From Blasia pusilla (taxonomy: Eukaryota): a stretch of 64,000 nucleotides of DNA. The translations under genes and the position numbers were made by a program. Numbering within the stretch: position 1 is the stretch's first letter; each line of letters begins with the position of its first letter. The stretch is from NCBI GenBank assembly GCA_050084515.1, contig CM114271.1:23250001-23314000 (forward strand), read 5' to 3'. Below, piece by piece: positions 39,945 through 52,733 of the stretch. The notes below the pieces were generated by a model that saw nothing but the letters and a program-made list of their open reading frames with translations, ran no database searches and had not been told where the DNA came from.

Positions 39945-40646
39945 CACAAAATTTAAATAAATACGTTTTACTAACATCGGCCCTCTATAAATACGAGTAA
40001 ATTATAATTTTTCCCCATCCTAAATTTGCTCTAATTTGGCTTCTTACTCCACTAAGCCCCACAAATCTTGTGTCAACTCTCATCAAATAAACTTTTAACC
40101 TAATGGCCTCCAAATAACAAGTTTTCCTAGAGTATCCATAAAAAAATAAAAAGTTTATTTTACTTTTCTACATTTCTCCTAAAGAGTTACCCAAAAAATT
40201 CAAAATTGCTCATTCTCATGCTGACTATGGTAACCCTTGCGAACAAATATAAATTTACACTCAAGCATCAAAATCCATTATTTTTTTTACAGTGTTCATA
40301 ACATCTTGATCTGAAATGGTACTTAAATTCTATTAAAAAAGGTTTAGCACTTTTTTGCGTTTCTCTTTTGCTCGAAAAATCCACACAAAATATACACAAC
40401 TAGGTAGCTCTTGCTCTCGTGAACATTCTTGTGAACCATTGAATGGGGAACATTGTCCCCATTTTGAAAATTAGCAAACACCCAACAAGCTCTTGCAGTT
40501 TAGAGCTCTCATTCCATCATTCTCTCTTTGTAAGTCAAAAGCACTCCAATATCTCACACAACCCCCATCTCGTTCTCATGTCAAGCCAAACCCAATTTCT
40601 TAATAAGAGGCTTTGATTACTCACAAAGCAAGTAAGACCATAACTC

Positions 40647-40648
<2 letters not shown>
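39945..40648 (-). mobile_element. Older 5' portion of the DNMT-gypsy family: end of A joined directly to the leader
   Basis: 40518-40536 reads CTTACAAAGAGAGAATG on the minus strand, matching the A/leader junction at 46402-46419; 40441-40470 matches 46464-46496. Confidence 0.7.
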
Positions 40649-40851
<203 letters not shown>

Positions 40852-43800
40852 TGTGTGTCATTAAAGACGTGTTAAAGAACTCTAACACGTCAAATGAATG
40901 TCACTTGTTTCAAATTCTGAAATTAGCTAAATAATTCACTTGATTTTTTGCAAAAAGACTTATGAATATGCTTCTATGATTTTTTTACCTCAATATAAGG
41001 ATTTCTCGTGTATTTCTCAATTAAACCAATAGATTATAATTTGAGTTAAAACCTCTCTGCCTACTTTTTTTCTCATCGAGCTTTATAACATCTATTCTCC
41101 CTTACGTATTACTTCAAGCTACTTAATATAATAATGAATACTTATCTTTTAGAAAATTCACTTTCATTGAGCCTAGTGCATTGCATGGGTATTCCAATAC
41201 ATTCCAATAATAAATTTTATCATGGCTTGATATAAATTTCATATTTAAAGTTTTTATTGAAACTTTCAAAATTTTAGATCTCAATAGTTTCCATTAGACA
41301 TCCTATTATTTAAGTGACTCATATTTTCTGCCTATGTGTCAACCAAGAATCCCAATCTTCCATTTTATCTAAAATATTCAAATGTTTAAGTCAAATTATC
41401 TCATGAGTCCCATTCCTAAACCCCTCCTCATTTTTAAAATCCAACCCTTCCCCCCCCTCCCCCTCGATCTCCTACCCACCATACTCCTACCTAGTAAGGT
41501 GCCCATACAATGCACTGCTAGTACGCGTTTTGAAAAGAAAATTCCATACAAAACTAGGTGACTCTATCCAAAATTATGTTTTGGAGTGACATTTGTCAAA
41601 AGGAGGTGAAATATTTAGAATAATGTGACCTCTAATTAGCTTATAGATTTTGTGATATCTCCATGGATATAGTGGAAAAGGAAAACTTCACTTATTTACT
41701 CATAAATATGAGGTTAGCTATCATTAGTACCTTTAATATTTTTGCATCTTTGGCAAACTATAGATTTTCCTTAACATGAAATCTATATGCCATTTATATG
41801 TCAAATATCAAACTATGTACCTAAAATATGACCATCTATATTAATATTAGAGATTTTTTTTTGATTTGTCCACCATGTGGTCAACTAAACAAGATTTAGT
41901 AAACATCTTGGAACATGAATATTCTTATCATATCATACAATGGGAACTTAATTTATGGCGTTTGGCGAGAATCACATTTCAAATTTGACATCAATGCATG
42001 TACATGTAGGGTTCTAGTACGTTGTGCAAGGATTTTGCATCAATAAAATCTTGTTTGATATGCTAGGCATTATTTGTATATTATTAATGTGAATGAATGA
42101 AAGAACATTTAAGGGGTGTGATGTTAAGGTCTACACTCTCTTATTCTATATTATAATAATCATCATGGGTTATAATTTAAAGGTAACAAAACGTAGATGC
42201 GTCATAGGATGATTTCCAACTTTTCCAAAGAGAAGCGGTATTAAATGAAGACGTTTAGAGTTTAGGATGTACTAGATGTATTTGGACAAGTGGGATAAGA
42301 TTGAGTGGGTTAGGTCGAATATGGTTGAAAACAACATAGGACCCATATGGTCTACATATGAAAACTAAAAACGTGTTGAAACAATTGAAACACCATAGGA
42401 TATCAACAAATGAGGCACGTAGGAAAACACCTCCTCTAGAAGGATAATTAAAAAACACACGGCACCACCCACGATGCATGTAACGGACAAATGAATGCAT
42501 TTTCCATGGGGCCTCCAAAATACTCTCCGTATAAGAGTGACTCAAAACCGTGCATGTAACGGACGAATGCAATTCAAGTCCATTTTTAATACTCCAACGT
42601 TAGGAGTGTTTATTATTTTATGGGGTGGTCGGATGAACCAGTTTCCAAGCCCGATTCTGTCTTTTAATATCTTACATTAATTTTCTCTCATGAATAATCC
42701 CTCCGACCTCTAAATCCTCCTTCCAAAAATGCAAATCATATTGAATAACCGACTAAATAATCCAAAGTAGTGATATAAACGTAATTCTCATTATTATTGA
42801 TATCGGGAATATCTATCATCGGCCTTATCTCCAAGAGCTAAATAAAATAAAATACGATAAAATAGAACGGAATGAAAGTATCAAAATATCTCGGAAACCG
42901 ATGCTATTGGTGCAGATCTCCACCCCTCGATCTCTGCCGAGCTTCACAGCCCCACCACGACCGGCGAGCTAGCCCCTCACGACCGACACTTGACGGTGCT
43001 GTTCATTATCCCGACAGACGGTGCACGGGATTATGACTTGCACTTGACGGCGACGCTCCGGGCCCATGCCCACGCCCACCAGAGATCGTGACAAAAGAGG
43101 AACTGTTGCCGTTGCACACTAAACTGTCTGTCGACGAGTTCTTCGGGAAATGCCCATCGATGATATTCGGGAATTTTAGGTGTGTGAGAGCGTGTGCGTG
43201 CTATTGGGAGGTCGAAAGGAATAAAATATATATGTAGAAAAAGATGGGAAACCCATCACGATACAAAAGAGGGGGGCATGGAGACCAAAAAATAGACCTC
43301 AAGAGGCCGGAACCGGCCCCGAGGAGACCGGAAACCGCATCCGCGGAGGAGTGGGGACTTGTTGGGTAGTAGGTTGGCTTTCCAGAATGGGGATGCAGAC
43401 AAAACATGAGGGCGGAGGCTGAGCTGTGGAGATCCCGAAGGAAATGATGAAGAGAGGTGATCCACGTCTCCCCATGTGGCTAGCCATGGCTTCTGCAGGT
43501 TCTCACAGGCTGGAGACAGGAGAGGCGAGTCTCGAGTCAGCAACAGAGCCAGAGAGATTCTGAAGGAAGGGCAGAAATCAGTAGACGATGGCTGCCGTCC
43601 TCGTCATCAGGTACGTCCAAAGCTATGGAGGGGTTCTGGAACGAGGCTCGTCTGCAGCCTTAAGGGGAGTGGAGACGACCGAAGTAGCAAGTCTCGAGTC
43701 ACCACATTGCCAGAGATATTCGGAAACGAGCGGATAGAAAGCATTACTACAGGACGGGCACTATCGTCATCAGATTCGCTGCTGCCCATGTTAGACCGCA

Positions 43801-45864
43801 TGTAGAGGCTATGTCGAGTCATTGCCGACTCACAAAGTTTGAAGGGATGGTGAATAACTTCATCATCATCGAGCGCAAATTTCGGGAGGAGAAAACAGAA
43901 CCTGAACGGCATTCGATGATTCTTCGAGACGGAGGACACAGAGTTCCCACAGGTGTTGCTTCATCTTTCATTGTTCAGATAAAGTGCTCCATCATCATCA
44001 TGTACTATACTGAGTCGGACTCGGAAATGAAGAAAGAGACTGCACTCGAGTAGCGCTGCCTTCCGCAGGCTCGAGATCATGGATCTTGTGGAAAGGGTGG
44101 GCGGTGCTAGTGGCTTGGAATCTTGGATAGGTCTCGGAAGAGGCCAGAGTGGAGCTCTACATGGGGAGACTTTCCCGCGAAGTCCTGGCTAGGAAGCTCG
44201 TTCTCCCAGGAAAAATGGGCCTTTCCTGGGTGAAATCACCATCCATGATCCTACGGCTCTTCACCGGAAGGAAAATAGCCCTTTCCTGAAATACATCGTC
44301 ACTATTGCTTAGCTACCAGACTACCAGCCACCTGTGGACATTGCGTTAGTATTTGAGGAAGGGGGGCGTTATTCCGATGGGAAGAACCTTCCAGTTGGAT
44401 TATCTCGTTTCTAAAATGAAACCAAATCAACTATTAATAGTTCACATCAAATCCTACGAAACCAAGTTAAGATATAAGATCAGTTCTAGAAACTCTAATT
44501 TCGTTCGATGCCTCATGCATCGCTCAAACGTTCTACTGGTTAAATGTAGGCACCTGTACTTGGAGAATACATTCTACTAGTTAAACAAGGCGACTATTCC
44601 TGGAGAGCAATCGTCTTCTTCTGAGAACTGAGTGCACGTGACCAGGCTTTCAGTTCAACACCATCCGGAGCATCCAGATTCCACTACAAGGCTTTGATGA
44701 AGTCCCTGACTCCCTATGCTTTCTCCTCTTCTTCTTGTTCTTTTTCTGGAGAGAGAGACGGCGAAATTTTGGAGTCCTTTATTGCTCTTTCTGTTGCAAG
44801 TTCCATAGTAGCCATTTCGTGACTGAAAGTTCCATCCTCACGGACGAAGTATCGATAATTTGTGTCCGCATTCTGCTGCCCTCGTGATTCGAGGAAAACG
44901 CCGTCCGTTGAACTTGAATGTTGTTTCTAACCTGAGAATTTCCACCTGTTTCTCGAGGGCTGCCGGTAAGAGATCTGGGAATATCTAGGATGCAGCGTAG
45001 AGAAACATCTGATTTTCTTAGTGCTTCACCGTTGTGGTGTTGATGTGAGAGTTCTCACACAAAATGTCTGACAATGTCTTAGACTACTTTTCCTGGAGCT
45101 GCCTCTGCCACCTCTAATTGGTCATGTAAGATTTATATCCATATAGTCTCCGAACCGAATTCAGATCTACCAACCTAAGTGGTAAGAGGCGATTCTCACA
45201 TGGCTCATCAAACGTCTTTCAGCCTGACTTCCTTGAGTCTATTCTCCTAGACTCTATTTATGTCCATTGGAGAAATGAAATGGAGTTTCGGAGGGAAAAA
45301 ACGAGGAGGAGGTTTTGCTTGTAGTGCTCTTGTCTATTCGATCTTAGATTCAATTTATTCCTCTTTTTCGTACTTGAATTTTGAAGTTTTCCAAAGTTCT
45401 TGGGATATGTAGACCTCCTTCTCTCATTAATATTCTTGAAGATTCTTAAACAAAATTTCGCACGGTGCAATTCCGAGTTACAATCGCTTTTTGCGATCTT
45501 TTGTTGTTGGCTAGGCCTTACATTATAACCTCATCCCTTCATATGAGTCATCGGTGGATGGCTTTCACTTTCTCCTCACAAGCTCTTCCTTTGGTGTTTT
45601 CAATTTCCTTTGGAATTTTCTCATGGAACATCGCTTTTGGTGTGTTTGGTCTGGTTTCGATTGTCATGACAAATTTTTTTATCTTCATACCAAGTGGATT
45701 TCCTACTTTTTCTTCCCTCTCTTAAGGCACCTATTTTTGGTTGCGGGTTTGTTTTAGGTGAATTCCTCTCATATGTCTTCCTTGCTCTTTCAACACTTCA
45801 CCTTACTGCTTCGCCCCTCCCTACTTTTGCTATCTCTATAAGATCCTTATAAATTAATTTTCTT

Positions 45865-46406
45865 TGTCACGTCTTTTAGGATAGATCGGTGGGATCTAAT
45901 AGAGCGCCTTCATGAGTAATGGAGGACACGCCCAGTAGGTCGAGGGTGACCTGTTGAGGCCCTTGGAAACCTGAGATAGTAGGTTTCCCCTTCGTTTCGG
46001 CTCATTTGGAGCCATATTGAAGAACTTACTATTTTAGGTAAGTACCATTTTGAATATATGATCGACTTACTATTTTTGGTAAGTGGCCCTTGACCTCCTA
46101 CCTTGACGCGTCTCGGTTTCACCTCACTAACTGCGTCAAGAGCCAAGGAGGTGACTTGGGAGAATAGGTTACCATGGAGAGAGCTTGGGAGAGGGGAGGG
46201 GTATACCTCAAGGAGAGAGAGCTTGAGAATTCATTCTCTCTTTGTTGAACCTCTTGGCATGAGGCGGCGGAGCTATGGTACCTTGCCTTGTGAGTGTAAC
46301 CCAAGCCTCTCATTAGGAGAGAGGGTTTGGTTTGACATGAGAGAGAGTGCACACCTTTGAGAGCTATGGTGTGAGATGGTGTAGAGAGAGATTGGATCTT
46401 ACTTTA
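45865..46406 (+). repeat. Terminal repeat A1
   Basis: Direct repeat of 54511-55037, with scattered substitutions and a ~30-bp indel; followed by the leader, not by B. Confidence 0.95.
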
Positions 46407-47567
46407 CAAAGAGAGAATGAGAGAGTGAGAGAGCGTCATGGGGGAGCTCGCTGGTCACTCGCTGTTTTTGCAGGTTGGGGACCGTGTTCCCCGTTCAGAG
46501 GCTCATGGGAGTGCTCATCGGAGCAAGGGCTGCTTTGATTATTCTTTGCATTTGCTGATTTTTCATGTGGAAGAGTGGCGCGCGGAAGCGTTGCCCAATT
46601 GTTGATAGGGATTGAGTATGGGGGCGGGTTGCCCCATGCTGATTTGTATTTTTACAGATGTTATATTTTCGTTGGGAGAAATCAGTGCGGGAGCGTTGTC
46701 GAATTTTGTGTAGGAGAAAGAGACATTGGGCTTTACGACAGTCCCCGTTAGTTTTTACTGAAATGTCCGATTCTAAATATTTTTTGATGCTGGTGTAGAT
46801 CGTGAAGCTGTGCACGTTGTGCAACAAACAATGCGCAATTTGGAGCTGCGAGCAAAAAGTTATGGTCAATCTTGTAAAGTTGCAATTGCTAGGCGATTTT
46901 TAGGGTTAAATTGTGCAAACCCTAAATCAGCCGCCACACCGGCGGCGGCCGTCGCCATCATAGTCACCGTCAACGGTCAACCATCAACCTTCACCTTCGA
47001 TGGTCAACCATCACCGTCAGCGTCAACCGTCACTGTCAACGGTCCACCGCCCATTGTCCACCCTTTGGGTGCCATTGCCGTCATTACGGAGTGGAGGGTC
47101 TTCCACGACGTTCGTTGAGTCCTTAACTTGCGTCGCCACCATGTACTTTGTTTTGGCCGCCACCGTCATCGCAGTTTCTTCATCAATCAGTGGTGGCAGA
47201 TGACCTCCGGTTATGGTGTTTGAGTTTTGATTTCATGTTGCTATGTTGTGATTGGTAGCCGCTCGACGACGATCGAGTATCGTGCCGTGACGCCCGTAGT
47301 CGCAACGCGCCGCCGATTGCCGCGCCGTGCCGCTCGTGGCCGCACCGCACCGTCTCGATCGCGGAGCCGCACCGTCATTGTGGAGCAGAGTGTGGGTTTA
47401 TTGTTGATTGAGGAGAGTATGCCGCCGAGTGCCGCATCCCATCATCGAGGGCCGTGCCGTTCGTAGCCGTTCCGTGCCGCCTACAACGCCGCACCGTTCC
47501 ACTGGGACCGCATTGTCTATCGAAGAGTTTTGAGCAGCGTCAGTACGGGAGGAGTATGACTTGCTGA

Positions 47568-48740
47568 TTGGAGGAGTTTTCTACTAGTGACGTTTTAGGA
47601 GGGATCACTCGCACGGGAGCAGTTGCACCGTCTAGTCGGGTTCGTCCCGGGTTCAACCGTGTGGTTGAGTTCTTTGCTGAGTTGAGGGCGAGCTACCAGG
47701 GGTTACGGACGGGGAAGTTGCGGAGCATCCATGACTTCCAGAGGCGTCCGGGTGAGAGTTTGCGTGAGGCTTACACTCACTTGCGCCGGTTGATCAACGT
47801 CACTTAGGGGGTGACAGAGGCTCAGGCTATCCAGTCATGGTACGCGATGTTGGACCGGACCCTGCGGACACGGGTGCGGGAGGGGTTGCTTCTTATGAAC
47901 ACCTCCCCTACGTTGAGAGATGTTTTTAGGACCGCCGAGAACATTGAGCGCAACATGGCGGAGGAGAGCGTAGCCACCATGGGTTCTCGGGCGAGAGCGA
48001 TCCACGATTTATCCGCACCACCTATGCAAAGCAACGTGGACTCGAGATAGGTCGGCGTGGCACCACGAGCTCGGGGAGGATACCGGGGAGGCCGTGCCAC
48101 GAGACTGCGCCTTCATATGCGGCTCGGCCAGCGGCCGCCTACTATTACTTGTTGGTCATTGGTGAAGCCCATCATCAACACGATTGCACTCGTCAAGGTC
48201 ATGGGCGTGTGCCTCAAAGATGGAGGAGGAGATGGTGCTTTGCACCAGGGAGGTTATCTGTGTGACTATTGTCGAGGTATGGTCATACACGCCGGAGGTG
48301 TTTTAGTTTACATCCTGAGTTACGTCCGGACCGAGGGCCAGAGAGGGCACCAGATCGAGTAGCCGGTCCGGGTGGGCCTAGAGATCGTGCACCCCTGTTG
48401 GGAGACGAGGAGCTGGAGTTGCCGAACAGGGTGGTGGAGCTGCCCGTGGAGGAGGTAGAGTACCACCACCTAGACGCGCCGAGGGAGACGCCGGACGTGA
48501 GGCTGGGATGATCTTTGAGATATAGCGACTCTGGGGAGCAGATTGCCGCTATGGCATTGAGGTTACCCGATGCCGGATCCGTGACATCGACATCATATGG
48601 AGCATCCAGAGATTTGGAGGATCCTGGATGGATGTGCGGGGTTGCCCAGATGGAGGCCGCCGAAGTTGTGACGCGTGGAGCAGCCGCAGAGTTGGATCCA
48701 CAGCGAGGGGAAGCCAGAAGACAGACTAGGCTTCCTTAGT
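47568..48740 (+). pseudogene. gag of copy 2
   Basis: FQRRPGESLREAY (retrotransposon gag motif); degenerate CCHC knuckles at ~48149 and ~48260. Confidence 0.8.
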
Positions 48741-49053
48741 CTTTCACGTTGTCCGAAGCGATGAGGACCCCATCGATGGGTCCTCATCAAAGTTCGTGGA
48801 GAGTTGGTGATGTTGTTGGTGTGCAGACACGAAGGGCGATGGGAAAAGCGAGTGCGACGACTCTATTGTTGATGCTCATGAGGGGCATGTGTCGAGCATG
48901 ACGTTGGGGGGTACGCCCGCCGAGGCTTTTCGGCTGGCCGCTTCACTATGTGAGCGCGGAGTTGGATTTCTGCATCACGTTCAGAAGTGATGGCAGAGGA
49001 GGTGATGGACCTGCCCTTGGAGCGGATGCTAGGGCCGCCGCCCACGCCGATTC

Positions 49054-51117
49054 ATGGTAGGTCATGCGGTCGCTAGGATGGCGGAGATGCCCGCTAGATC
49101 CGCGATAGAGCGTGCCATGGCTTCTCCTGGTGTTGTGTTGTTGGATAACCGAGGAGAGGTCTTCCAGTTGGTGAGTCCTGGAGGTAGAGCTTTTAGTCCG
49201 CAGCGCGTCTTGTTGGATTCACGAGCACAACCCTTGATGTTGGGGAAAGCGTCATTTAGAGGATTGGGCTTGACGAGAGCCGATGTGGAACGTTGTCCAT
49301 TCCGGATCCAGACATCCTTGGGTGGAGCGAGTACCACACAGTATATCACCCGACAAGAGGTCATGGTGAGGATTCTCCCGGGACATCCTACAGATGAGTC
49401 CGTGGTGCGCGCCAAGGCGATAGTGACTGATGTTGAGTCCTACGACGTCTTGGTTGGTGGAGCAGTGTTATATCCGATGGGGTTTTCCTGGATTCTTGGG
49501 AGGAGTCGGCCCTATAGACCAGGATGGCAGTCAGGTGATGGGCGCCTTAGCTCATTACCCGTTCGATTCACAGGTGCAGTGATCGAGCAACGGCCAGGAG
49601 AGATGGCGACCTTAGCAGCATTTAGCAATGCCATCACTTGGCCTAGTGATTTGATTGAGGGACATGTCCATGCAGAGGATAATCCCGTTCCTGACATTTC
49701 TATGGAGAGGAGTGTTATGGGAGCTGCATCATTCCGTGGAGGAGAGGTGCCGCTGTGGGGCTCGACTGAGGAGCTCCAACGATTGGCAGATGAGCACGTG
49801 CAGATCGCGTGGAGCGAGGCGTTTGCACCAGAGCGTGACGGGTCTGAGGAACCCGAGGTAGCAGGGAGTGCTACGATGACACCCTTGGATACCACACCCA
49901 TTGTGTGGTGTACCCCGGAGGAGGGTATTCGAGTGTTAGATCTCTTTGGAGGGATTAGCACCGGGTTAGCTGTTTTGCAGGCAAGAGTGCGAGTACAGCA
50001 ATACCTGTATGTGGAGAGTGATGATGTTGCGAGGCGCGTCTCACTACGACATGTGGCGCAATTACGCCTACGTTTTCCCGACTTATTGTCTGCGTCCGCA
50101 GTACAGGGGTACCAGAGTTCCCTACCGAGGGATATTTTGTTGTTGGGGGCGCAGGACTTAGAGCGGGTAGGGACCATTGATTTGGTCATTTTCGGTTGGC
50201 CATGTCAGGGCCAATCGAGTGTAGGACGAGGCAGCGGGTTGGCTGACACTCGGTCCAGGTTGTTTTGGGAGATGTTGAGGGTCTTACGGCAGTTGCAGGA
50301 GCACCAGTCTCGTTCTCTAGCCTACATTCTGGAGAATGTGCCGATCTTAGGAGACTCCATGTCACGGGTCGTGACAAGTGCTCATCAGGTGCGTGCCCGG
50401 ATCGGCCCAGCAGTGTTCTTGGATGCGGCGAGTGTAGGTTCTAGAGCCCATCGCCCGCGTCTATGGTGGACCAACTTGGTGCCCCATGCGGTGTTATGGA
50501 GGGCGTATGCGAGAGTGGAGCGCCCCTCCCCTTTGTTAGTGGATTCCATTCTCGATCCAGATCGTCGATCACAGGCAGTGAGGCACGATGATCGACCACC
50601 GCTGACTGTGGTCAATAGGGTAGGCAGGCCGCGGGCAGCCTTGTCCATGTTTGTGAGTTTTCCCGCTTCCTATGCATACAAGGAGACCGGTCCTGGCTTG
50701 GTTTGGGATGACGAGGTTCAGCGGTTGGTGGAGCCCAACGCCGACGAGAGAGAGCGAGCGATGGGATTTTCCACAGGAGTGACGGCAGTACCATCAGTGT
50801 CAGAGGCATCACGACGCCATGTCTTGGGTCGGGCGATGGACCTGAATTGCTTGACATGGATCCTCAGCTTGGGAGTGGCTGAGCAGCGTCGTATGAGATC
50901 GCGACATATCACAGCGGTTGCGTTGGTGAGCCCCATGCCTACCGAGATGGTGGAGGTGTGGGGGGCGAGGCGAGACCGAGGAGATCTACGCACTAGGGGA
51001 GATCGGGAGAGACACCCTTGGACTTCTTGGGATGTTTTGAAGGTACGCAAGGAGATGATAGCCACACCATCAAGCGTGGTTTCGGGCACTGCACGTGGAG
51101 GAGATCAGAGTTTGTAG
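49054..51117 (+). CDS. pol segment: aspartic protease fused in frame to a DNMT3-like C5 cytosine methyltransferase (MTase ~49921-50870)
   Basis: LLDSRAQP at 49216 (DSG in copy 1); RVLDLFGGISTG, YVESD, DLVIFGWPCQGQS (PC at 50200-50205), YILENV (50332-50340), RAHRPRLWWTNL, ERERAMGF, SRRHVLGRAMD, all in one open frame. Confidence 0.93.
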   Translation: MVGHAVARMAEMPARSAIERAMASPGVVLLDNRGEVFQLVSPGGRAFSPQRVLLDSRAQPLMLGKASFRGLGLTRADVERCPFRIQTSLGGASTTQYITRQEVMVRILPGHPTDESVVRAKAIVTDVESYDVLVGGAVLYPMGFSWILGRSRPYRPGWQSGDGRLSSLPVRFTGAVIEQRPGEMATLAAFSNAITWPSDLIEGHVHAEDNPVPDISMERSVMGAASFRGGEVPLWGSTEELQRLADEHVQIAWSEAFAPERDGSEEPEVAGSATMTPLDTTPIVWCTPEEGIRVLDLFGGISTGLAVLQARVRVQQYLYVESDDVARRVSLRHVAQLRLRFPDLLSASAVQGYQSSLPRDILLLGAQDLERVGTIDLVIFGWPCQGQSSVGRGSGLADTRSRLFWEMLRVLRQLQEHQSRSLAYILENVPILGDSMSRVVTSAHQVRARIGPAVFLDAASVGSRAHRPRLWWTNLVPHAVLWRAYARVERPSPLLVDSILDPDRRSQAVRHDDRPPLTVVNRVGRPRAALSMFVSFPASYAYKETGPGLVWDDEVQRLVEPNADERERAMGFSTGVTAVPSVSEASRRHVLGRAMDLNCLTWILSLGVAEQRRMRSRHITAVALVSPMPTEMVEVWGARRDRGDLRTRGDRERHPWTSWDVLKVRKEMIATPSSVVSGTARGGDQSL

Positions 51118-51213
51118 TTGGCTGCAAGAGAGCGGCCGAGTGTTGTTGTTCGAGACGGGGTTGCACCATAGCAACCACCGATACCCGCGCCGGAGAGTCC
51201 TACCGTAGTCACG

Positions 51214-52709
51214 ATGGAGACTTGGGAGCCAAATATGGGCCCTAAGTTGACAGGAGGAGAGTGGCGCCGAATACATCAGTTCCTCAAGAGTTATAGGAGC
51301 TGCTTTGCGTTTAGCATGGAGGATTTGGGTACGCTGAAGGGACCGGGGATCCGCATTGAGTTGTCGAGTGATATGCCGATCTTCCGGCGACCCTACAGTG
51401 CTGATGATATGGAGAGGGCTCTGATTCAGAGTAGGAGCCATGACTTGGTCGGAGCAAGACTAGTGGAGATGTCGCATGGGGAGTATGCATCTGCCATTGT
51501 CATGCCCGCCAAGAAGGATGTGCATGGCAACTGGACGGATAGGCGGATGTGTTGGGATTACCCACCTATCAATCGGCAGACGAAGTCCGATAGGTATGCC
51601 ATGCCCACCCCTGAGGAGATCTTTGATGCGATTGGTCACGCAAAGGTCTTTAGTTCATTGGATTTGCGAGCCGGATACCATCAACTACCTATCATTGGAG
51701 GACAGGCAGAAGACGGCATTTTGGGGCATCGATCCTCACGGGAAGGATTGTTTGTACCAGTGGCGGTTCTTACCATTTGGATTAAAGAACGCCCCGGCTG
51801 AGTTTCAGAGGGTCATGGATAGGATCTTGGCTAGTCTGGATTTTGCTAGGTGTTATATTGATGACATCGTAGTCTTTAGCGCCACGGTTGAGGAGCATGA
51901 GCAACATCTAGAGGAGGTGTTTCGACGATTGCAATTACATGGGCTGAAGCTACATCTAGGCAAGTGCAAGTTCTTCTACGACCAGATTGAGTACTTGGGT
52001 CATTCGATATACCCAGGGGGCCTTGGTGTTCAACAGACGAAGGTAGAGGCTATCTCACGCATTCCACATCCTACAGATGTGAGCCGTGTTCGCGCATTCA
52101 TGGGATTGGCGAACTTCTATCGGCGATACGTCAAGGGATTGATTCGATTATGGCCACTGACCTTGGTGACCAAGGTGGATCACGAGTGGCACCTTTGGGG
52201 ATGAGTAGGAGCGAGCATTTCATTGCTCAGGACAAGTTGGCGTCGCACCCATCTTGAGGAGACCGATCGGGCGTCCTTTCGATTGCACCGATTGGAGCAT
52301 GTTGGGGCTTGGAGCGGTGCTCACCCATCATGATGATGAGGGTAGAGAGTTCGTGGTGGCTTACGCTAGCCGCTCAAACAACGCTGCAGAGGCGAAGTAC
52401 AACTCGTTTGAGGGTGAGTGCTTGGCTGCGGTGTGGGCTGTCGCGCATTTCAGATGTTACTTATTCGGAAACCCCTTTACCATCATCACTGATCATCAAC
52501 CACTAAAGTGGTTGATGGAGTCCGACAAGCTTACAGGGAAGCTTGCGAGATGGGCTCTGTTGTTGCAGGAGTATGATTTTCAGGTGGTACATAGACCTGG
52601 GACGCTCAACCAGGATGCAGATGGGTTGAGTCATAACCCATGCCCGAGTCAGCGAGATGCAATTGGAGCTCGATGGCATGGAGAGAGTGATGAGGAGTCG
52701 GTGCCATGA
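51214..52709 (+). pseudogene. RT and RNase H of copy 2 (frameshifted)
   Basis: FSSLDLRAGYHQ, PFGLKNAP, CYIDD (51851-51865), YLGH; TDWS..GLGAVL, ECLA, TDHQPL, ADGLS. Confidence 0.95.
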
Positions 52710-52733
52710 TGGCACGCGTCAGCCTATTTAGGC

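Noticed and set aside
44639-44660. miR166-like sequence GACCAGGCTT
   Set aside because: Only about 10 nt match and no evident precursor hairpin.
49921-50870. Host DNMT3 or DRM gene
   Set aside because: Intronless, in frame with a retroviral-type protease, inside TSD-bounded repeats and present in several copies.
49062-51441. Antisense ORFs of up to 225 aa over pol
   Set aside because: Shadow frames of GC-rich coding DNA with no recognisable motifs.
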